A stretch of 33,473 bases of DNA, from NCBI RefSeq assembly GCF_000485595.1, contig NW_014577089.1, positions 133,452 through 166,924 of the forward strand. Direction: 5' to 3'. This document shows positions 1-9,919 of the stretch, in pieces. A model generated the notes under the pieces. The model searched no databases and was not told where the DNA came from. It worked only from the letters and a program-made list of their open reading frames with translations. Positions within the stretch are counted from its first letter, which is position 1. Each line of letters begins with the position of its first letter. The translations under genes were made by a program, and so were the position numbers. The DNA comes from Priapulus caudatus (Eukaryota).

Positions 1-270
1 CCTCCCTCCCCCATCCCTCCCTACCTCTCCCTCTCTCCACTCGCTTCCCCTCCACCCTTTCTCTCTCTCGCTCTCTCTTTCTCGCATCTGCATACATTCT
101 CATATTTACTTGGGCTATTTTAACGAACACGCACACACGCAGATATATAGGTAGGCAACAATTTATGTGATCAACACCTTGAATGAGTTCTACTCCTCAG
201 CTACGACCGATATGCTACCCATAATAACCACGCACGCCTGCAATAAGGAATAGATTAAGGGATCTATTCT

Positions 271-362
271 AGCAGTGCAGCAGTAGCGCAGTAGCAGTAG
301 CAGCAGTAGCAGCACAGTAGCAGTGCGTAGCAGCAGTAGCAGCGCAGCAACAGTGCAGTAGT
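271..362. repeat. Imperfect (CAGTAG/CAG)n microsatellite
   Basis: Visible run of cagtag/cagcag units; it explains the Cys/Tyr-rich ORF 264..476. Confidence 0.9.
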
Positions 363-1184
363 GGCGATTTTAGCATCGGCAAATGACTGCCACGTTGCGT
401 GAACAGCGGAACAAAAACGCTGCCGTTCTATGGAGTCGAACCGCATAGTCGCGCACGCACTACACGCGCACGCCACAATCTACATCGAGCAAGTGTTTGA
501 TAGCGAGGTAATTACACAAATATTGATCAACGGCCGCTGTACTTCCACAATGCGGCGATGCCTGAAGTTGGTTTAGGTGCGTAACATCGTTATGGGTTAG
601 CACTATTACGCACGCTGAGTGTCTCTGTCAACAAGGGCGCAGCGCGCGGAGATGGCGGGCCCCCGCTCCGCTCAGCTCGGGCCCTAGCGACGCACAATAA
701 AGCCACAAAATACGAGAGCGACGCGAATAATGGCGAGCCGTTAAACGGACGGCGCTCGAGAGCCAGCCGACGACAATGGCCGACGAAATGTTCATCAGCG
801 TCAAGCCATTGAGTGCGGCGCGGCCGCTCGGGCGGGCGGCGGGTTTGTTTGGCGAATGCTGTTTTTGACACGTCCAGTGATATCTGATTATGGCAGCTGC
901 TCGCCGTCATTACGCCGCCAATTATTTAGTTAGTGCAAACGACAAGCTGTTATTTGTTCAGCATGAATTCCATCTACTGCTGCCAACACCAGCGAAGCTG
1001 TCAGTGGCAGTGGCGCGTGGTGGCAGCACGATCACACAATGTGAGTCAATGTCGAAGCAGCATAGGTCAACGACAGCAGAATAGGCATCTTACATCGCTA
1101 GCATCCCTAGCATCGCGTCGACGTGCTCGCATAAGGCGCGTGTGTTATGTAGGTTGCAGCACCAGTAGGTCTACTGCGTAAATT

Positions 1185-1240
1185 CAACCTGGGATTGAAC
1201 CTAGTCAGTTAATACAACTCTTACGAACGCAGCCAGGGAA
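1185..1240 (-). mobile_element. Possible degenerate tRNA-derived SINE head
   Basis: The minus strand has a B-box-like GGTTCAATCCC preceded about 30 bp upstream by a weak A-box-like TGGCTGCGTTCG. No cloverleaf and no TSD seen. Confidence 0.2.
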
Positions 1241-1771
1241 GTAAGTGAGCCGCAGCACGCATTTCAACTGAAAAAAACGTCGGTACAAACCACAGCAAAG
1301 GCAACAGCAAACAACCGCAATGAGGTCGCAACAAAACACTGTTATTAGAAGAAGCAAACAGCTACTCAACTCTGTATTCAGGCGAACAGTTTATAATTGC
1401 ATGTGGCGGAGAAATAAAGAGATCCGAGAAACATTCATGAACATCAAAGCACATTTAGAATTTGCATTTAATCAGCTCTTGATATTCTATCAACAGGCGG
1501 TAGTCAATGCGTTTCCATATTTTAAATTCATTATTAAAAGCACATGCATTTAATCAGAAGCGAAAAACATTTCCTCATTATAAAAGAGCATACCATCCGC
1601 TTGCGAACACCTGTTGCCACAAAATTTTTAACCGAATATGATCACCCTGAGCTCATCTTGACTCTCGGAGCGAAAGCCAGCTCGCGACATGGCTACATTT
1701 CACGCGCAGTTAGCGTCTGTCAGCACCAGCTTCACACATATTCTACCGCACTCTAACAAGAATTGCCGCAC

Positions 1772-2415
1772 GCCGCCCCCTGATAGTGGTCGTTACGCAC
1801 ATGGTGCCCCCTGGCGGTAAGCGTCACGTAAAAAGCGAACCTGGCGGTCACGTAACTGGCGGTAACTGACCCCCCCAAACGATGGGTGTCACGTAGCTGG
1901 TGCCCCCAAACGATGGGTGTCACGTAGCTGGTGCCCCCAAACGGGGGGTGTCACGTAGCTGGTGCCCCCAAACGATGGGTGTCACGTAACTGGCGTCCCC
2001 AAACGATGGGTGTCACGTAGCTGGTGCCCCCAAACGATGGGTGTCACGTAGCTGGTGCCCCCAAACGATGGGTGTCACGTAACTGGTGCCCCCAAACGAT
2101 GGGTGTCACGTAGCTGGTGCCTCCTGACGGTGAGTGTCATGTACATGGTCCCCCTGGCGGTGGGTTTCACGTACCTGGAGCCCTTTGATGGTGGATGTGA
2201 CGTAACCGGCGCCCCCTGACGGTACGTGTCCCGTAACCGGCGCGCCCTGGCGGTGGGTGGGAAGTACCCGGCGCGCCCTGGCGGTGGGTGGGAAGTAACC
2301 GGCGCGCCTCGGCGGTGGGTGGGAAGTAACCGGCGCGCCCTGGCGGTGGGTGGGAAGTAACCCGCGCGCCCTGGCGGTGGGTGGGAGGTAATCAGCGCCC
2401 TCTGTTGATGGGCGT
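1772..2415. repeat. 31-bp compound minisatellite with CTCF-like cores
   Basis: About 8 near-identical copies of CCCCCAAACGATGGGTGTCACGTAGCTGGTG (1872-2119), about 5 copies of ACCGGCGCGCCCTGGCGGTGGGTGGGAAGTA (2236-2390), and intermediate or degenerate units between and around them. Confidence 0.95.
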
Positions 2416-3067
2416 CCCCCTCTCCCTCTCTCGCACCCTTTCTCCGACGCGCGCGCCATCTACGCTACGCTACGCACTATTGCGAAAAACGCGCGCGTAT
2501 GTAATAATATACAGAAATACATACGGGGCCGAAATTATTCATTTAAACACGAAAGCTTATGAATGCAAATATGAAGAATTCGCTGCATATTCGCGCACGA
2601 GTGTCCCAATTTCCCATCATAATATTGACACGCTCCACTCGCCGCGGCAGGCAGGCAGGCAGGCAGGCAGGCAGGTCGGCGGGTGGGGAGGTACGCGCGC
2701 AGCGAGCAGCGGCAGCAGCAGCTCCCACTGATGAAGCCCCGTCTATAGACACGTGCTTGCCCCCTGTGTGATTCCGCCTTCGCAAGACACTGAAGCCGGT
2801 CGCGTTACCGTGACCACGGAAAGCACGCGCCACTCCATCCCTCCTCTCCCATCGCCTCGAGAAATCGCTCTCCCCCCCACCCACCCCCAATGTTCTTCAT
2901 CGTCCATTAGAAGCTATTAGATACAGTGTAACGACGCTACACTGTGCGGAGTAGCGAGTACATGCGCGTGCTACGACGCAGCGTAAGCTCAATAGTAGAG
3001 ACGCTGAGGAAATATTTGAACGGCTGATTACATCAGACGCGGCAGGCAAGGACGCAGGGCCGCTCAC

Positions 3068-3214
3068 GCGCCAACGTGACTCCATCACCGCGCAGCGTGA
3101 AGGTCGGAGTTCACGGTCACAGCATCCTCGCATCCTCTCCTGACACCGAGAGACGCGCCACGGCGAACCTGACCTCGCCAGCCTCTCCTGCGAGTACGGA
3201 ATGCGGGCGTCCAT
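3068..3214 (-). CDS. Candidate exon of unidentified gene or pseudogene (147 bp)
   Basis: Acceptor caacag and donor GTGAGC. An 89-bp GT-AG intron separates it from the 3304-3414 exon. The phase-0 frame is open (MDARIPYSQE...ESRWR). No homology recognised. Confidence 0.35.
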
Positions 3215-3303
3215 CTGTTGTCTAAGGCGTAGTACTGAGCGCAGTGCTGAGTTTTGGCTGCTAAGGCGCAGTCTGGTCGGTAGGTAGAGAGATGCGTATT
3301 TAC

Positions 3304-3414
3304 CCGTTGCTCATATCCCATTCGCGACCACAGCACGATGGTACGACCACAGAGGTCACGCCTGGGTACTTCAGCCAGAAGGTAATGAAACTCCAACCGA
3401 AATATAACATTTCG
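3304..3414 (-). CDS. Candidate exon of unidentified gene or pseudogene (111 bp)
   Basis: Acceptor gttacttgcag and donor GTAAAT. Phase-0 reading RNVIFRLEFHYLLAEVPRRDLCGRTIVLWSRMGYEQR. Confidence 0.35.
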
Positions 3415-3904
3415 CTGCAAGTAACACATTTGGGGGCTAGACTACTGCGCAGTGAGCACGGGAAGAGGAGGAGCAAATCTAAACAAGCCGCGACCACAGG
3501 CGCATCGTGTTGTGTAACCCGATCTCGCTAGATGGAGTTAAACGAAAGCCAACGCGAGCTGTGATTCAATTCGCGGCTGGCCGGCGCTGCCTAGACAAGC
3601 CAACACGTCGCCGCGACGCGTGCGTCCCACAACAAATCCGCTAACATGCCCCCAAGCGTAGGACGGGCTAGCCTTCACCATGTGGCCTTCACGCGTTTCC
3701 TTACGGCTCGTCATTAAATCAAAGCGAACCAGCGCCCGCGTCATCGAGGGGCTCGGTCAGTAGCATAGAAGGAGGATGGATGGAAAACAGCTGCTCAGCT
3801 GCTAACTTCATTCGACTCTCGTCTGCGTCTCCGTCGCTGCTTGGCTTCCGCGTTCAGCGCGAGTACAAACTCTTCCGGCCTCCGCTAATGGACAGACGCG
3901 AAAC

Positions 3905-4026
3905 CTCGCCGAAGACGTTCACGAGAACGACGATGACGACTTTTTGCGCGTTTTTTTTAGTCGATATCCATCTTAGGATCGAGCGAGAGAACGTTCCCAC
4001 GCCAGACGACCGAATGCCGTATCGTT
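3905..4026 (-). CDS. Candidate exon (122 bp), frame uncertain
   Basis: Acceptor gatttttaaag and weak donor GTTTCG. One frame is open (...STKKNAQKVVIVVLVNVFGE). The frame continuing from upstream exons stops at TAA 3959-3957. Confidence 0.25.
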
Positions 4027-4291
4027 CTTTAAAAATCAACACCGCTTGATATATTTTCGCCCCAGCACGATACCAGGTTTAAGGATAATGTGAAACGATA
4101 CGGCAGGACGAGCCATTTCGCTATGTGTCCACTTATGAACTGGGCTCATATTAGGGCTGATACTTATATACGCATACTTAGCGCATACTTACAACGTACC
4201 CAATAGTTGGATTCTGTCGCTATGACTAAATATGATTTGCAGACTGAATATTTCGGCTAAATATACAGCTAATTTGAGATTCCAACAAGCG

Positions 4292-4365
4292 AGCAATAGT
4301 AATAGCAATAGCAATAGCAATAGCAATAGCAATAGCAATAGCAATAGCAATAGCAATAGCAATAG
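4292..4365. repeat. (GCAATA)n hexamer microsatellite
   Basis: About 12 tandem units; it explains the poly-Leu and poly-SN ORFs. Confidence 0.95.
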
Positions 4366-4745
4366 TCCAGCGGTGTCGGTGCAATCACTGACCATTAACT
4401 CAAAAGCTACGCTACTCGACATGCACATATATGTACTTACGAAATAAATTTCTCCTTTTCCATCGGAGAGCCAATCAATATTTAGATGAGACGAGATGAT
4501 GAACCGCTCGCGCATACCACAACACTGTTTAGTGATCCACACATAATACTTTGCAAATGTGTTTCGCTCTTACATATTCAGCGGGTCGGAAATTATTAGC
4601 TGTTAATGTGATTTGTTGCACGCTTAATCACGCTTCACGTATTGCTCTCGCGCCGTGCGTTGCCCCGAACCGCGGTCGCCTCACAAATTGAATTCTATCC
4701 GCAGGCTCATCCCTGATTGAGACGGACCTACGAGATGGCGCTCAC

Positions 4746-4885
4746 GACATCCTTCCCGGATCTCGGGTCGGCTGAACCTCGACCTCGCTTTGACGAGAGC
4801 ACTGGACGATGACGTAATGCAGCCTTTCCGCGAAGATGACCGAGTGATCGTGATGCTGTATGTGCAGAGCGTCGGCTGACCATCG
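4746..4885 (-). CDS. Candidate exon (140 bp)
   Basis: Acceptor ctctgctgttcag and donor GTGAGC. Phase-0 reading RWSADALHIQHHDHSVIFAERLHYVIVQCSRQSEVEVQPTRDPGRM, but all three frames are open. Confidence 0.35.
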
Positions 4886-4990
4886 CTGAACAGCAGAGCA
4901 CTCGGCACCGGCGATGCACCACGAGACGAATGAACGCTGTTCACAGTACATCTCACGACATACTCGCGCGTACTTCGTGTCCCTCACCCA

Positions 4991-5092
4991 ACACGCACAC
5001 TCACACACACACGCACGCACAAACACACACACGCACACACACACACACACGCGCACGCACACGCACACGCGCGCGCGCACGCNNNNNNNNNN

Positions 5093-5155
<63 letters not shown>

Positions 5156-5200
5156 GCAAGCACACGCGCACACGCGTGCGTACTCACGCACGCGCGGCGC
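4991..5200. repeat. (CA)n/(CACG)n microsatellite spanning a 10-N gap
   Basis: Direct inspection. Confidence 0.95.
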
Positions 5201-5430
5201 GAGCACATCGAAATAGCGTGAAGACGCTGCCGAGGCAGCTTAGCTGCGATATCACGTGTAATCACCGACAAGCGACTATATATAGAAGCGGTTAGATTCA
5301 CGTACGTCGAGGCAAATCACTGACTATAGCTGCCACTATCAGCGACGCACAAACGGACAATCATGAGAACGCACTTGTTTGCGGTGTCTCTCATAAATCG
5401 TGTTACTGGTGTCATGCGTATATTTGTTAT

Positions 5431-5476
5431 CAGGAGCTAATAATGACAAATAATAATTTGTCATTATTAGCTCCTG
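5431..5476. mobile_element. 46-bp palindromic MITE, CA...TG ends, 7-bp TSD (P-superfamily-like)
   Basis: Perfect 21-bp arms CAGGAGCTAATAATGACAAAT with a 4-nt loop, flanked by TTGTTAT at 5424-5430 and 5477-5483. Confidence 0.75.
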
Positions 5477-5634
5477 TTGTTATTAAACTAACAAACAGGA
5501 ACCGACGTTTTGATTTAAGAGAAGCGATAAGCTCATTAGTGACTCATGTCTAACTCTCTACATATAAGCTGTTACAAACGACTTCAATGGAACAAGTATG
5601 CTGCGTAACCGCCAACAACATTCACTCTCGGTAT

Positions 5635-5649
5635 ATGTGTGTGCGTCCG

Positions 5650-5689
<40 letters not shown>

Positions 5690-5733
5690 TGTGTGAGTGA
5701 GTGCGTGCGTGCGTGAGTGAGTGTGCGTGTGTG
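5635..5733. repeat. (GCGT)n/(GTGA)n microsatellite
   Basis: Direct inspection. Confidence 0.95.
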
Positions 5734-5816
5734 CACTGTATCAAACATACGTTTGCTCAGTTGTTTTTATTGAGAATAGGCACGTGGGTTTATACAGCAA
5801 GATGTTAGAAGCTTAC

Positions 5817-5942
5817 CGTTGGTTCATCGTTGTGAGACAACTGCTCCCGGAGGCGTATCGTGTGCAATCTTTCCTGTTCGGCGTTCTCATGTGCCTCGGC
5901 TACTTGTCGCTCCAGCTCCTCTACTCGGTGCAACAGCGCTTC
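5817..5942 (-). CDS. Coiled-coil-encoding exon (42 aa, phase 0-0) of an unidentified gene
   Basis: Strong acceptor tttaattatttacag and strong donor GTAAGC, 126 bp, in frame. Translates to EALLHRVEELERQVAEAHENAEQERLHTIRLREQLSHNDEPT (E/R/Q/L-rich, heptad-like). Not present in the ORF track. Confidence 0.6.
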
Positions 5943-6069
5943 CTGTAAATAATTAAAAATCATCGACTGAAACCCATTTGTTCCGAGGCAAAACGCAAAC
6001 AGTTGCTCCGTGCGAAGTCAACGTTTTCTAGCAGAAATCGCTTGCGTTTACCGCGGTCTGTCATTGGTG

Positions 6070-6228
6070 CCTGCGTGTGTGCCTAGTGCGCGCATGCTTG
6101 CATAATATGTGCGTGCGTATGTGCGAGCGTGCGTGCCTGCGTATGCGCCTGCGTACATGCGTGTCTGCCTACAGCGTGCGTGCCTGTGTGCATGCCTGCG
6201 TGCGTGCCTGCGTGTGTGCCTACGTAGG

Positions 6229-6260
<32 letters not shown>

Positions 6261-6340
6261 TGTGTGCCTACGGAGGCACCTGCGTGCGTGCCTACGTAGG
6301 TGCGTGCGTGCGTGCCTGTGTATGCGCCTGCGTGCGGCCG
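6070..6340. repeat. (GCGT)n-derived compound repeat with GCCTACGTAGGT units
   Basis: Direct inspection. Confidence 0.9.
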
Positions 6341-6643
6341 TGTAGCGATTAGGCGCTCGTAAGTCTGCATGCCGGCCGGCGCCACTGTCGGCTGCCAAGG
6401 CGCGCGCACGCAACGCTGTATTCAGCGCGTCGGCGCCACGCATCGTGTAGGTGACAGGTAGAGTCGTGTCATTACTACACGTCTCCTCTCTAGAGAGGCG
6501 ATGCTGCAGTCACAGCAGGCGCGGGGCGGCTCTCATGGCTGATGCATCCACGCTCGGGCTGGTTGGCTGACTCTTTGTATAAATATAGGCTGATTGAAAG
6601 TGAAAATTCAGACCCGTTACCTATGCCTGCCAGCGTATGTATT

Positions 6644-6992
6644 CACGCACGCACGCACACGCACACGCACACGCACACGCACACGCACACGCACACGCAC
6701 ACGCACGCACACACACAGCAGACACGCACAGCTCTTCATCACGCCGGCAACCCCGCGCGCACACGCACGTACACATGCATACACACACACACGCACGCAC
6801 GCACACGCACACGCACACGCACACGCACACGCACACGCACACGCACACACAGCAGACACGCAAGCAAGCAGATGCGTGTGCACACACAGCTCTTCATCAC
6901 GCCGGCAACCGCGCGCGCATACGCACGCACGCACGCACACATGCACACACACGCGCGCACACACACACACGCACGCACGCACGCACGCACAC
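6644..6992. repeat. (CACGCA)n array containing a duplicated unique block
   Basis: ACAGCTCTTCATCACGCCGGCAACC occurs at about 6728 and 6886 inside the microsatellite, which abuts an N gap. Confidence 0.9.
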
Positions 6993-7843
6993 NNNNNNNN
7001 NNNNNNNNNNNNNNNNNNNNNNNNNNNNNNNNNNNNNNNNNNNNNNNNNNNNNNNNNNNNNNNNNNNNNNNNNNNNNNNNNNNNNNNNNNNNNNNNNNNN
7101 NNNNNNNNNNNNNNNNNNNNNNNNNNNNNNNNNNNNNNNNNNNNNNNNNNNNNNNNNNNNNNNNNNNNNNNNNNNNNNNNNNNNNNNNNNNNNNNNNNNN
7201 NNNNNNNNNNNNNNNNNNNNNNNNNNNNNNNNNNNNNNNNNNNNNNNNNNNNNNNNNNNNNNNNNNNNNNNNNNNNNNNNNNNNNNNNNNNNNNNNNNNN
7301 NNNNNNNNNNNNNNNNNNNNNNNNNNNNNNNNNNNNNNNNNNNNNNNNNNNNNNNNNNNNNNNNNNNNNNNNNNNNNNNNNNNNNNNNNNNNNNNNNNNN
7401 NNNNNNNNNNNNNNNNNNNNNNNNNNNNNNNNNNNNNNNNNNNNNNNNNNNNNNNNNNNNNNNNNNNNNNNNNNNNNNNNNNNNNNNNNNNNNNNNNNNN
7501 NNNNNNNNNNNNNNNNNNNNNNNNNNNNNNNNNNNNNNNNNNNNNNNNNNNNNNNNNNNNNNNNNNNNNNNNNNNNNNNNNNNNNNNNNNNNNNNNNNNN
7601 NNNNNNNNNNNNNNNNNNNNNNNNNNNNNNNNNNNNNNNNNNNNNNNNNNNNNNNNNNNNNNNNNNNNNNNNNNNNNNNNNNNNNNNNNNNNNNNNNNNN
7701 NNNNNNNNNNNNNNNNNNNNNNNNNNNNNNNNNNNNNNNNNNNNNNNNNNNNNNNNNNNNNNNNNNNNNNNNNNNNNNNNNNNNNNNNNNNNNNNNNNNN
7801 NNNNNNNNNNNNNNNNNNNNNNNNNNNNNNNNNNNNNNNNNNN

Positions 7844-8320
7844 ATGGCTTCATCGATGAGCATGGCTTCATCAATAAGCACAGCTTCATCGATGAGCATG
7901 GCTTCATCAATAAGCACAGCTTCATCGATGAGCATGGCTTAATCAATAAGCACAGCTTCATCGATGAGCATGACTTAATCAATAAGCACAGCTTCATTAA
8001 TATGCACAGCTTTTCATCGATGAGTATGGTTTTATTGATGAGCATGATTTTATTGATGAGTACGGTTTTATTGATGAGTATGGTTTTATTGATGAGTACG
8101 GTTTTATTGATGAGTATGGTTTTATTGATGAGCATGATTTTATTGATGAGCATGATTTTATTGATGAGCATGATTTTATTGATGAGTACGGTTTTATTGA
8201 TGAGTTTGGTTTTATTGATGAGTATGGTTTCACCGACGAGTATAATTCCAATATTATAAGCATGGTTTCATTGACGAGTATAATTCCAATAATAAGCATG
8301 GCTTCATCGATCAGCAGCCA
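7844..8320. repeat. 18-bp minisatellite with sequence gradient
   Basis: Units shift from ATGGCTTCATCGATGAGC / ACAGCTTCATCAATAAGC-type to ATGGTTTTATTGATGAGT-type; about 26 units; begins at the gap edge. Confidence 0.95.
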
Positions 8321-8712
8321 AAATAGTCGATAACACGGTGTGGATGGGTGGAGACCACAACCCCCGTATATATATATATATGTCTGCGGATGGTTAGTAC
8401 TATTCTATCAAGAGTCCAAAAAAAAAATCTCTCTCACACCCACACACGCGCACGCGCACTCACTCACTCACTCACTCACTCACTCACTCACTCACTCTCT
8501 CTCTCTCTCTCTCTCTCTCGTTCTCTCTCTATTTATCTATCTCTCTATCTCTCTCTCTATCCATTCACACACGATTCTCTATTTCACAGAATGAGCGTAC
8601 TGCTTCAACGCAACTCAGGCACGACAACTACGACTAAATTAAACATGTTCTCAATCTGGACATAGGCTTGGATGATCGCGGATAGTGCACGCACGAAGAT
8701 TTATTTTCACAG

Positions 8713-8782
8713 CCGCTTAAATCCATTTCATCGCGAAACACACGTTCGACTCCACAATTCGTCGAGTGTGGGGTGAGCACAG
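8713..8782 (+). other. Candidate plus-strand exon (70 bp), coding status unknown
   Basis: Acceptor ttattttcacag and perfect donor CAG|GTGAGT. No partner exon established. Confidence 0.25.
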
Positions 8783-9331
8783 GTGAGTGAGTATATCTAC
8801 CACGAGTCTCTATATCCACCACGAATGGCGGCTTTAAGTGATTTATTTCATCAGCGTTTTGTTGCGCTAAATCTGTTAAGCACATGGAATGCGAACCGCG
8901 ATGCATATTTCAACACCATCTCTACGGCTCTAACAGGATGAAGCAGAACCTGCGTGAATGATAAACTAATAAATGATACATAGCAGCACTATCGTTCGCA
9001 TGGCACGCAAGGCGATCACATCAGCATTTTATCCCATTACTACTATCAACTTACAGTGAAGCGAAAGGCGAACGAGGAAGCAGAGAAATCATGCTGGGGG
9101 ATATAACAATGGAGAATCCCTCCCGCTCTTTCACCCCCCACCCCCAAAAAAAACTACCGTCGCACGAACGCGATATGGTTACCGAAAACTTCTGTCACAT
9201 AATTAGTGGCTAAAACAACAGATGAATTTGAAAAAATGCGAAGATTCGAGAGAGCCTGTGATGTGCAGTTGACCATGTATGTGTTGAATTCCTATAGACT
9301 TTGATGCACCCGCACACGGAGACGAAGTCGC

Positions 9332-9585
9332 CCGCACTTACGCATTTACTCACGCGCGCACGCACACACGCACACACTCACGCACTTACTCACGCGCGCG
9401 CGCACGCACACACGCACTTACTTACGAGCGCACGCACACACGCACGCACGCACGCACGCGCGCACGCATGTAAATATGCACGCACACACGTATACGCACA
9501 CACGCACACATGCCCGCACTTACTTACGCGCGCACGCATGTAAACATGCACGCACACACGCACGCTCGCACGCACGCACGCGCGA
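9332..9585. repeat. (CACG/CA)-derived minisatellite with CGCACTTACT cores
   Basis: Repeated cgcacttact(c/t)acg motifs within CACG runs. Confidence 0.85.
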
Positions 9586-9919
9586 ACATTAGTACTATAG
9601 CAGGTCTACTTGTTCCAGCTGTAGGTGCAGCGGCATCTGCTGTCAGGCGCGCAGGTACGCACGGCTGCGTGCGCGCAGAAAGCCGCACACCGCTACGTTA
9701 CCCACTCCCGCATGTGCAGCACGTTCGTTCCGCCTCCTCCGTCTATCGGAAATCAATGGACACGATAAAAAGCCATAAATTATTCACACCAAACTGCGGA
9801 GTTTTGCGAGTAGAGGATGCAACCTGATGCCGTGGCAGAAATGGAGCCGACAGTGAGAACTGAGCAACTGGCAACGACCGCAGAGTATAAGTGTATGCAT
9901 GTACCACCATCCATCCCCC

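Noticed and set aside
1872..2390. CRISPR-like array of ~31-bp repeats
   Set aside because: Units are head-to-tail with no unique spacers, there are no cas genes, and the context is eukaryotic.
3068..3414. Selenoprotein-like frame with several in-frame TGA codons
   Set aside because: Other frames are open without stops, no SECIS was recognised, and the TGAs are better explained by a wrong frame or CpG decay.
4189..4542. Poly-Leu signal-peptide or transmembrane ORF
   Set aside because: It is the translation of the (GCAATA)n microsatellite.
6542..8299. Long 400-540-aa ORFs
   Set aside because: Artefacts of N-gap read-through plus CA/CACG and 18-bp repeats.
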